From positions 1 through 33,007 of the forward strand of contig DATGWK010000081.1 in the NCBI GenBank assembly GCA_035299525.1: 33,007 nt of DNA. Direction: 5' to 3'. How positions within the stretch are numbered: the first letter of the stretch is position 1; the number at the start of each line of letters is the position of its first letter. Both the position numbers and the translations under genes were made by a program. The notes beneath the pieces are model-generated. The model had not been told where the DNA came from, did not search any database, and saw nothing but the letters and a program-made list of their open reading frames with translations. Origin of the DNA: Candidatus Nanoarchaeia archaeon. Its GTDB lineage: Bacteria > Patescibacteriota > Minisyncoccia > Phycocordibacterales > DATGWK01. Positions 24,887 through 32,674 of the stretch are shown in pieces.

Positions 24887-25381
24887 CTACTGTCTAAGGT
24901 TAAATGTGAAATTGAGATTTGCCTTTCGAATTCCTTCGCTTGAATCGAGTACACACTGCCACTGAAATTCGGTTCCGAATGGAACAGAAACTGGCAACCA
25001 CCGATACTGAGTAAAATTATTTCTTGCCTCACTACTTGTGTCTGCTTTGAGATTCAAAAGTTCAATACTTTCAACCGCTGTATTGTAGTCCACCCCTGGA
25101 AGAAACGTTACGAGAAGCGATCCGCGTTCGTATTGTTTACCATTTGCTTCGCTCGCTTTAAGTTCAATACAATCATTGATTGCTGAGTGACTGTCGGTTT
25201 GAGTCTGGGTTGGAGTTGTTGTCGGCTTTGTGGAAGTAGCAGTGGGCTTTGGTTGTGTTGTTTGGGGCAGATTTCTATCTATTGGAGTTGGAGTAAATGT
25301 TTTGAAAAAGAACAAAACTATCGTTGCGATAAAGATCAACGCCACAAGCAACGTAAACAAAAGAATTTTCTCAATTTTCAT
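24887..25381 (-). CDS. hypothetical membrane-anchored protein with a Thr/Pro-rich linker
   Basis: A signal-anchor helix (ILLFTLLVALIFIATIVLFFF), a PTATSTKPTTTPTQTQT linker, and a C-terminal domain of about 100 aa. I chose the start MKIEK to avoid overlap with the upstream gene. Confidence 0.55.
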   Translation of the reverse strand: MKIEKILLFTLLVALIFIATIVLFFFKTFTPTPIDRNLPQTTQPKPTATSTKPTTTPTQTQTDSHSAINDCIELKASEANGKQYERGSLLVTFLPGVDYNTAVESIELLNLKADTSSEARNNFTQYRWLPVSVPFGTEFQWQCVLDSSEGIRKANLNFTFNLRQ

Positions 25382-25388
25382 AGTTTTA

Positions 25389-26264
25389 CTATAGCAAACG
25401 CGCTCGAGCATAAATACCCGCTGGTAACTGTCTTCCCCCCTCTGTCTCGAGAGCCAGTTCTCCGAATTCTATTTCGGCTGCCTTGTTACCAATAAGATCA
25501 AGGAGGTTATTTTTATATGCAATTGCGGAGTAACCCGCTGCGTATCCGTTGATCAAAACAAAGACCGGAGTATCCGAGAGAAGTTTCTGACACCCAGCAA
25601 GAAGTTCACGAAGACCCTCTTCGATCTTCCACACCTCACCTTGTGCACCATGACCGTATGACGGCGGATCCATAATGATCGCATCATACTTGTTTCCTCT
25701 GCGTACTTCTCTTTTTACAAACGAAAGGGCGTCATCAATAATCCAACGAATTGGTTTTTCACCGAGACCAGACGCTTTTGCATTATCACTAGCCTTTGCA
25801 ACTGAAACCTTTGAACCATCAACATGACACACGTCAGCGCCGGCTTTTGCGGCGGCAAGTGTTGCTCCGCCGGTATAACCAAAGAGATTGAGCACAGAAA
25901 CCTTCCTATCAGCTTTTTTGATTGTCTCTTGGATCCAATTCCAGTTTTCTGATTGTTCAGGAAAAATTCCAGTGTGTTTAAACGCAGAAAGTGAAATAAC
26001 AAACTTAGCACCAGCAATTTCTATTTCCCAAGATTCTGGGAGCTCCTTGTTCTTCTTCCAATTTCCCGTTCTACCAGAAGTGACAAATTGTGCGTCAGCT
26101 CCATCCCATCTTTCTACAGATAGACTTTTCTGCCAGAGCGCCTGCGGGTCGGGTCGGCGCAAAACAAAAGCACCGAATCGCTCAAGTTTTTCTCCATCTC
26201 CTGAATCGAGAAGTTCGTAGTCCTTAGTGGGCTTGGTCGCCAAGATCTGAGGGTTTGTATTCAT
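25389..26264 (-). CDS. class I SAM-dependent methyltransferase (rRNA methyltransferase-like)
   Basis: SAM-binding motif I (VLNLFGYTGGATLAAAKAGA) and motif IV (IIMDPPSYG). The N-terminus is YELLDSGDGEKLERFG. Confidence 0.8.
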   Translation of the reverse strand: MNTNPQILATKPTKDYELLDSGDGEKLERFGAFVLRRPDPQALWQKSLSVERWDGADAQFVTSGRTGNWKKNKELPESWEIEIAGAKFVISLSAFKHTGIFPEQSENWNWIQETIKKADRKVSVLNLFGYTGGATLAAAKAGADVCHVDGSKVSVAKASDNAKASGLGEKPIRWIIDDALSFVKREVRRGNKYDAIIMDPPSYGHGAQGEVWKIEEGLRELLAGCQKLLSDTPVFVLINGYAAGYSAIAYKNNLLDLIGNKAAEIEFGELALETEGGRQLPAGIYARARLL

Positions 26265-26291
26265 GTCAGAGCGACAGTAACAGAAATTTAG

Positions 26292-27224
26292 TTAGTCGCC
26301 AATAGCATCTACTGCATCGTCGGCAAGATCTTCAGCTTCGTTTGCAAGATCTTCTGCTTCATCATAATCTCGATCATCAAATGCATCTTCTGCGTCTTCG
26401 AGCTTATCCTCAGCATCTTCGAGAAGGTCTCGGGCTTCGTCTACATGCTCGCCGTCATCATCTGCATCATCGATTTCTTCTTCAGCATCTTTAATTGCCT
26501 TTCGAGCATCTTCAATTGCATCTTCAGCATCACTGTCATCGCCATTAAGATCATCACTAATGTCACCGAGCGTATCAATCACATCCTCAGCAGCATCGAT
26601 CGCTTCTGAGTAGTCCTTATCGAGGAAAGCGAGAAGTCCATCAAAAAGATCGTCTTCAGCATCCTCGAGATCATCACGATCGCCAGACACATCCTGCCCA
26701 TCATCTTCAGCGTCATCGATATCGTCTTCAGTATCCTGAATCAAATCGTGCGCTTGTTTGAGAAGCTTTCGAGCCTTCGTTTCTTCTGCATTACTCTGCG
26801 GAGCCGCAGGGGTTGTAACTACCGGAGCAGTAGTGTTTGAGCTAGATGAGAGAGATGCAACTTGAGAGCTAAGGAGTGCGGCATAAGCTTTCAAATATTG
26901 AGCTTGAGACAGAGGGCCAAATGTACCTGTTGAGGTAATACCATTTGATGCCTGCCAGCGCTTTACCGCTTCTTTGGTTAAATCGCCAAATAGATCGGTC
27001 TCATTTCCAGGTGAACCAACCCCAGAATCAGCAATCTTGAATCCGTTGCTGTTCAAAAACTTCTGGAGACAGCGGACAGATTCGCCCGTTGAACCGACTT
27101 CGAGATTAACATCAAACTGACATTTGCCTGGACCACTCTCTGCGTGAAGAACTGATGTAACACCAGTCATCAGAAACATAAAAACAAAAATCAAACTAAA
27201 AACGCTAATTTTTCTCAAGTTCAT
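26292..27224 (-). CDS. secreted peptidoglycan-binding-domain protein with a hyper-acidic repeat C-terminus
   Basis: A signal peptide, then a PG_binding_1-like segment (GESVRCLQKFLNSNGF...LTKEAVKRWQASNGITSTGTFGP), a Ser/Thr/Pro linker, and about 150 aa of D/E-rich sequence forming two related units. Confidence 0.75.
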   Translation of the reverse strand: MNLRKISVFSLIFVFMFLMTGVTSVLHAESGPGKCQFDVNLEVGSTGESVRCLQKFLNSNGFKIADSGVGSPGNETDLFGDLTKEAVKRWQASNGITSTGTFGPLSQAQYLKAYAALLSSQVASLSSSSNTTAPVVTTPAAPQSNAEETKARKLLKQAHDLIQDTEDDIDDAEDDGQDVSGDRDDLEDAEDDLFDGLLAFLDKDYSEAIDAAEDVIDTLGDISDDLNGDDSDAEDAIEDARKAIKDAEEEIDDADDDGEHVDEARDLLEDAEDKLEDAEDAFDDRDYDEAEDLANEAEDLADDAVDAIGD

Positions 27225-27255
27225 TTTTATAATATTAATTCCTAAATGTACTCGT

Positions 27256-27264
27256 ATTATATCA
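27256..27264 (-). promoter_or_regulatory. extended -10 promoter (TGaTATAAT) for the PG-binding/acidic protein gene
   Basis: The minus strand reads TGATATAAT, about 30 nt upstream of the ATG at 27224. Confidence 0.4.
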
Positions 27265-27374
27265 CTCCAAAGGGGCGATTTTACTAGGAAGTTTTGACCC
27301 CAAGCTACCTGTGGGATAGCCCCAATGACCCTTCACAGCCCTAGTGCACATGTAACAAGGTAATTGCACAAGAA

Positions 27375-27680
27375 TTATTTTCCATTCCATTTAGAAATGG
27401 CTAGATCCACCCGATCCCCCTTAAACACAACACCCTCTTCTAAAAGTTTTTCTTTTTTAGTCACAATTCCCTTTCCGAACGCATAACCAGTGAGTTTTCC
27501 ATCCGATGCCACAACACGATGACACGGAACCGTATTCATGTCTGGATTTGTTTTCATAGAAAGCCCGACCACTCGTGAGGCCTGAGGATTTCCTGCAATT
27601 GTTGCAAGCTGACCATACGTGGCCACTTTCCCTTTTGGAATCTTTGCTGCAATATTGTAAATTTTTTCTTTAAAAGTCAT
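27375..27680 (-). CDS. ogt: methylated-DNA-protein-cysteine methyltransferase, single-domain (MGMT/Ogt C-terminal domain)
   Basis: Active-site PCHRVV with the flanking helix-turn-helix (ATYGQLATIAGNPQASRVVG). At 101 aa it lacks the N-terminal domain. Confidence 0.85.
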   Translation of the reverse strand: MTFKEKIYNIAAKIPKGKVATYGQLATIAGNPQASRVVGLSMKTNPDMNTVPCHRVVASDGKLTGYAFGKGIVTKKEKLLEEGVVFKGDRVDLAISKWNGK

Positions 27681-27689
27681 AAATAGAAT

Positions 27690-27712
27690 GAGGCCCGTCT
27701 TTGACGGGCCTC
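27690..27712 (-). terminator. GC-rich hairpin terminator 9 nt upstream of the MGMT start
   Basis: The minus strand reads GAGGCCCGTC-AAA-GACGGGCCTC followed by ATTCTATTT. It lies 25 nt after the stop of the 58-aa acidic ORF. Confidence 0.55.
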
Positions 27713-27736
27713 AGGGGCGGGTGACGTGAGAAGTTT

Positions 27737-27913
27737 CTACTCCTCCTCATCGTCGTCATCGAGGCCTGACTCCAACGCAGCATCACGGTCGTCGTCTTCG
27801 TCGTCATCCTCCTCACTTGAAGGTTCAACACCGACAGGCACGGGCCACCTGTCGGTATCAGAAAGATCATCGACCCCACTAGGGTCTTCATCCCAACCAG
27901 GTCGTCGAGGCAT
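27737..27913 (-). CDS. small hyper-acidic protein (58 aa), GC-rich
   Basis: AAGGAGG lies 5 nt upstream of the ATG at 27913. The product MPRRPGWDEDPSGVDDL...EEDDDEDDDRDAALESGLDDDDEEE is dominated by Asp/Glu. The ORF has its own promoter and terminator. Confidence 0.5.
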   Translation of the reverse strand: MPRRPGWDEDPSGVDDLSDTDRWPVPVGVEPSSEEDDDEDDDRDAALESGLDDDDEEE

Positions 27914-27959
27914 GGACACCTCCTTGTCCGTGGATCACCACCACCCCAATTCCAAATAT

Positions 27960-27994
27960 ATTTTACGCCCGAAAAACCCGCTGTCAAAGCGGGT
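27960..27994 (-). promoter_or_regulatory. terminator hairpin overlapping a TTGACA-16-TAAAAT promoter
   Basis: The minus strand reads ACCCGCT-TTGAC-AGCGGGT-TTTT. The loop plus the first stem base forms TTGACA, and TAAAAT follows 16 nt downstream (27960-27965). Confidence 0.45.
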
Positions 27995-28021
27995 CACGGG
28001 TTTAGAACTAGCACCAACTAT

Positions 28022-28186
28022 TTATTCTTGGTCATCGGCCGCCGCTTCGGCTTCATCGGCGTCTTCCTCTGCCTCATCTGCCTCTTCTCGCTTTGCATCA
28101 GCTTCTTTTTCCTTGGCTTCTTGAGTTTCTGCTTCTGCTTCGTCAGCATTTTCACGGGCTTCATTCTTCTCTTCGTCCATTGCCAT
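28022..28186 (-). CDS. possible small acidic protein (54 aa, E/A/D/K-rich)
   Basis: My own translation gives MAMDEEKNEARENADEAEAETQEAKEKEADAKREEADEAEEDADEAEAAADDQE. It is below the ORF-track cutoff and has no SD, like the native genes. The terminator at 27976-27994 follows it. Confidence 0.35.
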   Translation of the reverse strand: MAMDEEKNEARENADEAEAETQEAKEKEADAKREEADEAEEDADEAEAAADDQE

Positions 28187-28279
28187 AGTTTTTTATTATT
28201 TATTCATAATAAATACACGTACAAAAAGTAAGACGTGACTCTGGAGAATATCTGACAATGTTTGCGATAGAATATATCC

Positions 28280-28816
28280 ATGAACGCATTGGATATATTT
28301 CTTTTTCATTCTATCTATGACCTTGGTGAGAAACTTAACCTTCCGCAATTTGTAATTCTTTTCTTTGCAGAAGATTTAGCGTACATCTTGCTTGGAATAT
28401 TACTAATCTACATTCTCTACTCCAGCAAAAAGCACAAGCAAAAAATTGGAATTATTGTCTCCCTTGCTGTTTCAATTATTATTTCTCGCTATGCTATCGT
28501 CGAAGGATTCCGAACATTTTGGCATCGTCCACGACCATTCGTCGAGCTTAATTTGTTTGAAATTGTTTCTGAATCATCACACTCCTTCCCCTCCGCACAC
28601 GCTTCAATTTTTTCTGCAATCTCTACTGTTATCTTTTTTCATAATAGAAAAATGGGTATCGCATTCTTTTGCACAACGGTTGTTATCGGCTTAGGAAGAA
28701 TTTTGGCCGGAGTACATTATCCTTCTGATATTGTTGCGGGGTTGATCGTCGGAGTTATTAGCGGAGCACTTGGATATTATTCTGTTGCACTATTACCAAA
28801 GAAAAAGGGATTTTAG
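28280..28816 (+). CDS. PAP2-family phosphatase (undecaprenyl-diphosphatase-like)
   Basis: PAP2 motifs (RPRPF, SFPSAH, GRILAGVHYPSDIVAG) and multiple TM helices. Confidence 0.85.
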   Translation: MNALDIFLFHSIYDLGEKLNLPQFVILFFAEDLAYILLGILLIYILYSSKKHKQKIGIIVSLAVSIIISRYAIVEGFRTFWHRPRPFVELNLFEIVSESSHSFPSAHASIFSAISTVIFFHNRKMGIAFFCTTVVIGLGRILAGVHYPSDIVAGLIVGVISGALGYYSVALLPKKKGF

Positions 28817-28885
28817 TGAAATCATTCATGCAAGTTTTCACCCACCATTTTATAGATACAAGTGGTGAGATAGCATATTCTCGAT

Positions 28886-30130
28886 TTAGATTTTTCTAGC
28901 AATTTCTAGCAAGCGATTGTATTTTGATACACGCTCTCCACGCGTAAGTGATCCGGCCTTAATGCAACCACAAGAGAAACCGACTGCAATATCAGCGATA
29001 CAAGTGTCTGTGGTTTCTCCAGAACGATGTGAGGCAAACGGAATCCAGCCCTGTTGAGTTGTTAGCATAACAGCATGCATTGTCTCGGTTAGGGTCCCGA
29101 TTTGGTTGGGCTTAATTAGCACAGAATTAATTGCTTCACCCTGAATCGCTTTTTCAATTCTTTCAGTATTAGTAACCGTGAGGTCATCGCCAACAATCTG
29201 CACACTACTACCTATTTCACGATTCATTTGTTTAAAACCAGACCAATCCTCTTCATAGAATCCATCTTCAATTGAAATAATTGGGTACTGATGAATAAGT
29301 TTTTTGTACCAATCCAAAAGCTCTGACGTTGTAACGCTCTTTCTAAGGCCGGAAATCTTTAATGTATATTCGTTGTGTTCAAAAAAACTCGTTGCTGCCA
29401 CATCAAGCGCAATCTTTATTTCATGTGTCGAATACCCCGCATCCTTGATCGCACGAACAATAAAATCAAGAGCTTCCTCATTTGAAGAAAGTCTTGGTGC
29501 AAATCCCCCTTCATCACCTACTGCTACAGAAAAACCACGGTTATGAAAAAGACCTCGTAATGCATAGATTACTTCAGCCGCCGCCTGAATTTTCTTTTCA
29601 AAAGACTCAATGCCGACCGGAGCAATCATAAACTCTTGTATATCAAGGCCACTGTCAGCGTGCTTACCGCCATTGATCACATTGAACATTGGCTCCGGTA
29701 ATTTAAATTTATTACTACCGATGAGGTTTCCAAGATGTTCATATAACTCAATATTGTTTTCTTGAGCGACAGCCCTTGCGAATGAGAGTGACACACCGAG
29801 AATTGAGTTGGCACCAAGTCGTGACTTGTTTGCTGTTCCGTCGATATCGACCAACAACTCATCGAGTGACTCTTGGGTAAGAGTTTTGGTTACAACTTTT
29901 TTTGCTATCTCACCAACTACATTTTTTACCGCACGTGTTACCCCAAGACCATTAAAACGGTTCGCGTCTTTGTCTCGCAACTCGTGCGCCTCAAACGACC
30001 CAGTGCTTGCCCCAGAAGGAACAGACGCCGTACCCAAAGATCCGCTCTCCAGTTCGCAGTTCACCTCAAGCGTCGGATTGCCTCGCGAATCAATGATTTC
30101 ATGTGCATGTAATGACTTTATTTTCGACAT
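28886..30130 (-). CDS. eno: enolase
   Basis: Enolase N- and C-terminal signatures: IDSRGNPTLEV, SGASTG..EA.ELRD, IKPNQIGTLTET and SHRSGETTD. Confidence 0.95.
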   Translation of the reverse strand: MSKIKSLHAHEIIDSRGNPTLEVNCELESGSLGTASVPSGASTGSFEAHELRDKDANRFNGLGVTRAVKNVVGEIAKKVVTKTLTQESLDELLVDIDGTANKSRLGANSILGVSLSFARAVAQENNIELYEHLGNLIGSNKFKLPEPMFNVINGGKHADSGLDIQEFMIAPVGIESFEKKIQAAAEVIYALRGLFHNRGFSVAVGDEGGFAPRLSSNEEALDFIVRAIKDAGYSTHEIKIALDVAATSFFEHNEYTLKISGLRKSVTTSELLDWYKKLIHQYPIISIEDGFYEEDWSGFKQMNREIGSSVQIVGDDLTVTNTERIEKAIQGEAINSVLIKPNQIGTLTETMHAVMLTTQQGWIPFASHRSGETTDTCIADIAVGFSCGCIKAGSLTRGERVSKYNRLLEIARKI

Positions 30131-30936
30131 TATAGTTTGTGAACATGGCGAGCCCTTCCAGACAAATGCTTTTCTGCTTCTACGATAATTTTTTCCATCA
30201 TAATCACCGCCTCAACAGGATGTTTGCCAATTGCTGTTTCTTCGGAAAGCATGACGGCATCTGACCCTTGAAGAATCGCATTTGCAACGTCAGTTACCTC
30301 TGCCCGGGTTGGGACGGGGTTATCAACCATTGAGAGAAGCATTTGCGTCGCAGTAATGACTGGCTTGCGAGCATTATTGCAACGAGTGATAATGTTTGCC
30401 TGCACAAATGGAATCTTCTCAAGTGGAATTTCACTACCCAAGTCTCCTCGAGCAATCATGATCGCATCAGCTGCAGAAATTATTGATTCGAGGGATTCTA
30501 GTGCCATTTTCCTCTCGATCTTGGCAATGATTTTTTGATTGCCTCCATTTTTTGAAATCGTTTCTCGACACGCCTCAATGTCCTCAGGGCCGGCCACAAA
30601 CGACACCGCGAAATAGTCGACACCCTGAGCAACACCAAAAGCAACGAGTTCCCTGTCGTGCTCGGTAAAACCTGCCTCAGCATGAGCGTCGTATGTATGA
30701 CCTTTTTCTTTTTGAATTCTGGGTCCTGGTAAATCTTCGATAATTGGAATTCTTCTTCCCAATTCCTCAGCAACCTCACGAACCATAGCAATCTGCTCTA
30801 CTCGCTCCGCAAGATCTGACCAAGAAAAATTAAGACGCACGACATCCACTTGGTGAGCCAAAAGCTCTTTTAGCTCATCCTTTCCTCCTCGAAGTGCGCC
30901 GATAGTCGCAACAATTTGGGCTTTTGATGTTGTCAT
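30130..30936 (-). CDS. pyk: pyruvate kinase-like protein, A-domain only (no B or C domain)
   Basis: PK barrel motifs are present: [39 protein letters not shown] and [11 protein letters not shown]. It is only 268 aa, compared with about 470 aa for canonical PK. Confidence 0.7.
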   Translation of the reverse strand: MTTSKAQIVATIGALRGGKDELKELLAHQVDVVRLNFSWSDLAERVEQIAMVREVAEELGRRIPIIEDLPGPRIQKEKGHTYDAHAEAGFTEHDRELVAFGVAQGVDYFAVSFVAGPEDIEACRETISKNGGNQKIIAKIERKMALESLESIISAADAIMIARGDLGSEIPLEKIPFVQANIITRCNNARKPVITATQMLLSMVDNPVPTRAEVTDVANAILQGSDAVMLSEETAIGKHPVEAVIMMEKIIVEAEKHLSGRARHVHKL

Positions 30937-31562
30937 GCGTTTACTTGAGATTTTATTTCTCTTACTTCTTTTTTAATCATTCGCCCCTCTTGATCTAATT
31001 CGTAAATCACCACAGCACCAAACAGCATGTTGATTTTTGACACATCTTCATCCGAAACTCTTTCAATATACTTTGTAAGGGCTCTGATCGAGTTGCCGTG
31101 AGCAACCAACAGAATCGTTTTCCCCTGTCTCAATAGTGGCAATATCGTATCAAGAAAAAATGGCACTACTCGGTCGTACACCATTTTGAGCGTTTCACCA
31201 TTGGGCACAGGATAATCCCAACCACGCCTCAACTTCTCAAACTCCTCCTTGCCCAACTTTTCTTCCATCTCCCATTTATTTTTACCAGTGTAATTACCGT
31301 AATCGCGCTCATTGAGTGCAGAACTTCGCGTAATAGGAACGCTAATGCAAATACCGTCTTCCATACAAAGCAGGGTTTCAAGTGAACGCACCTGTTCTGA
31401 AGCAAATGCTTCATCAATGAGTTGATCCTTTATGAGACCACCCATTTTTTCGGACATTTCAAGTCCGTACTCTGTTAGACCAACGTCGACCTTCCCAGTC
31501 CATTTACCGAGCTTGTTCCATTCTGATTCATGGTGTCTGGCAACAATTAATTTTCCCATCAT
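30933..31562 (-). CDS. gpmA: 2,3-bisphosphoglycerate-dependent phosphoglycerate mutase
   Basis: dPGM pattern: [24 protein letters not shown] and [12 protein letters not shown]. Confidence 0.85.
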   Translation of the reverse strand: MMGKLIVARHHESEWNKLGKWTGKVDVGLTEYGLEMSEKMGGLIKDQLIDEAFASEQVRSLETLLCMEDGICISVPITRSSALNERDYGNYTGKNKWEMEEKLGKEEFEKLRRGWDYPVPNGETLKMVYDRVVPFFLDTILPLLRQGKTILLVAHGNSIRALTKYIERVSDEDVSKINMLFGAVVIYELDQEGRMIKKEVREIKSQVNA

Positions 31563-31563
31563 G

Positions 31564-32538
31564 CTATTTGTTTACTTGGTTCTGGACTACTCGCCCTTCA
31601 AAGAAATCAATAATATTGCGGGCTGTGATCTCTGCCATTTGATTTCGGGTTTCGATACTCGCAGAAGCAATATGTGGTGTGAGAATCACATTCTGCAATT
31701 TTCGAAGACCTCCGGAAACCTCGGGTTCAAACTCAAACACATCAAGACCAGCACCTGCAATCACATTGTTTTTGAGCGCTTTCTCCAAAGCAGCTTCATC
31801 AATCACAGCGCCACGAGATGTATTTACCAAAAAAGCCGTAGACTTCATGAGAGCAAGTCGTTCTGCATTAATCAGATGTCGAGTGGCATCCATGAGTGGT
31901 ACGTGAAGACTTACAATGTCTGCATTTTTTAATACATCTTCGTGTGTGGGATAGTATGCAGCAGCGCATTCTTTTTCTATCTTTTCATTTCGAGCAATAT
32001 CAGAATAGATCACATTCATTCCCAAACCCTTTGCATAGTACGCTACCCTTTCACCAATTCTACCGGCACCAATTAATCCGAGCGTCTTCCCGAGAATATC
32101 AACACCAACAAAATTCATTGGCGCCCAACCCTTGTATTTTTTCCTGCGAACAAACTCATCTGCCTCAACAATACGAGCAGCAAGTGCGAGCATTAGTGCA
32201 ATCGTGTGTTCTGCGACTGATTCAGCTGTCTGCGGCGCTGGAGCGTTTGTTACCACAACACCTCTCTTCTTTGCCTCTACGATATCAACATTATCAAAAC
32301 CCGTGGCATAATTCGCAACTATTTTTACTGACGGAGCAGCATCAAAAACCCGAGCATCAACCTTATCAGTTAATAATGAAAGCACTGCATCAAACTCACC
32401 CTTTCTCAAAATCTTAATGATTTCTCTTTGGGATGGGACTCTGTCTTTTGGATACACCGACACTTCGTATCCACGATCTCGAAGCATACTAATTCCAATA
32501 TCTGGAATCTTTCTTGTGACAAACACCTTTTTATTCAT
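31564..32538 (-). CDS. glyoxylate/hydroxypyruvate reductase (D-2-hydroxyacid dehydrogenase family)
   Basis: NAD motif (GLIGAGRIGERVA), catalytic region (NTSRGAVID...GLDVFEFEP...LTPHIAS), and overall GyaR-like layout. Confidence 0.85.
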   Translation of the reverse strand: MNKKVFVTRKIPDIGISMLRDRGYEVSVYPKDRVPSQREIIKILRKGEFDAVLSLLTDKVDARVFDAAPSVKIVANYATGFDNVDIVEAKKRGVVVTNAPAPQTAESVAEHTIALMLALAARIVEADEFVRRKKYKGWAPMNFVGVDILGKTLGLIGAGRIGERVAYYAKGLGMNVIYSDIARNEKIEKECAAAYYPTHEDVLKNADIVSLHVPLMDATRHLINAERLALMKSTAFLVNTSRGAVIDEAALEKALKNNVIAGAGLDVFEFEPEVSGGLRKLQNVILTPHIASASIETRNQMAEITARNIIDFFEGRVVQNQVNK

Positions 32539-32616
32539 ACTTTTATTTTACCAGGAGAATGCTCCTAACTCTGGAACAAATGAACAGTACACCTGACCGC
32601 CGATAGTAGACTTATT

Positions 32617-32645
32617 AAAAAGAAACCCGCACCTTACGGTGCGGG
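32617..32645 (-). terminator. intrinsic terminator after the GC-rich edge ORF
   Basis: The minus strand reads CCCGCACC-GTAA-GGTGCGGG followed by TTTCTTTTT. Confidence 0.65.
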
Positions 32646-32674
32646 AAGAGATCCTGACGCTTGAGTCAGGAACC

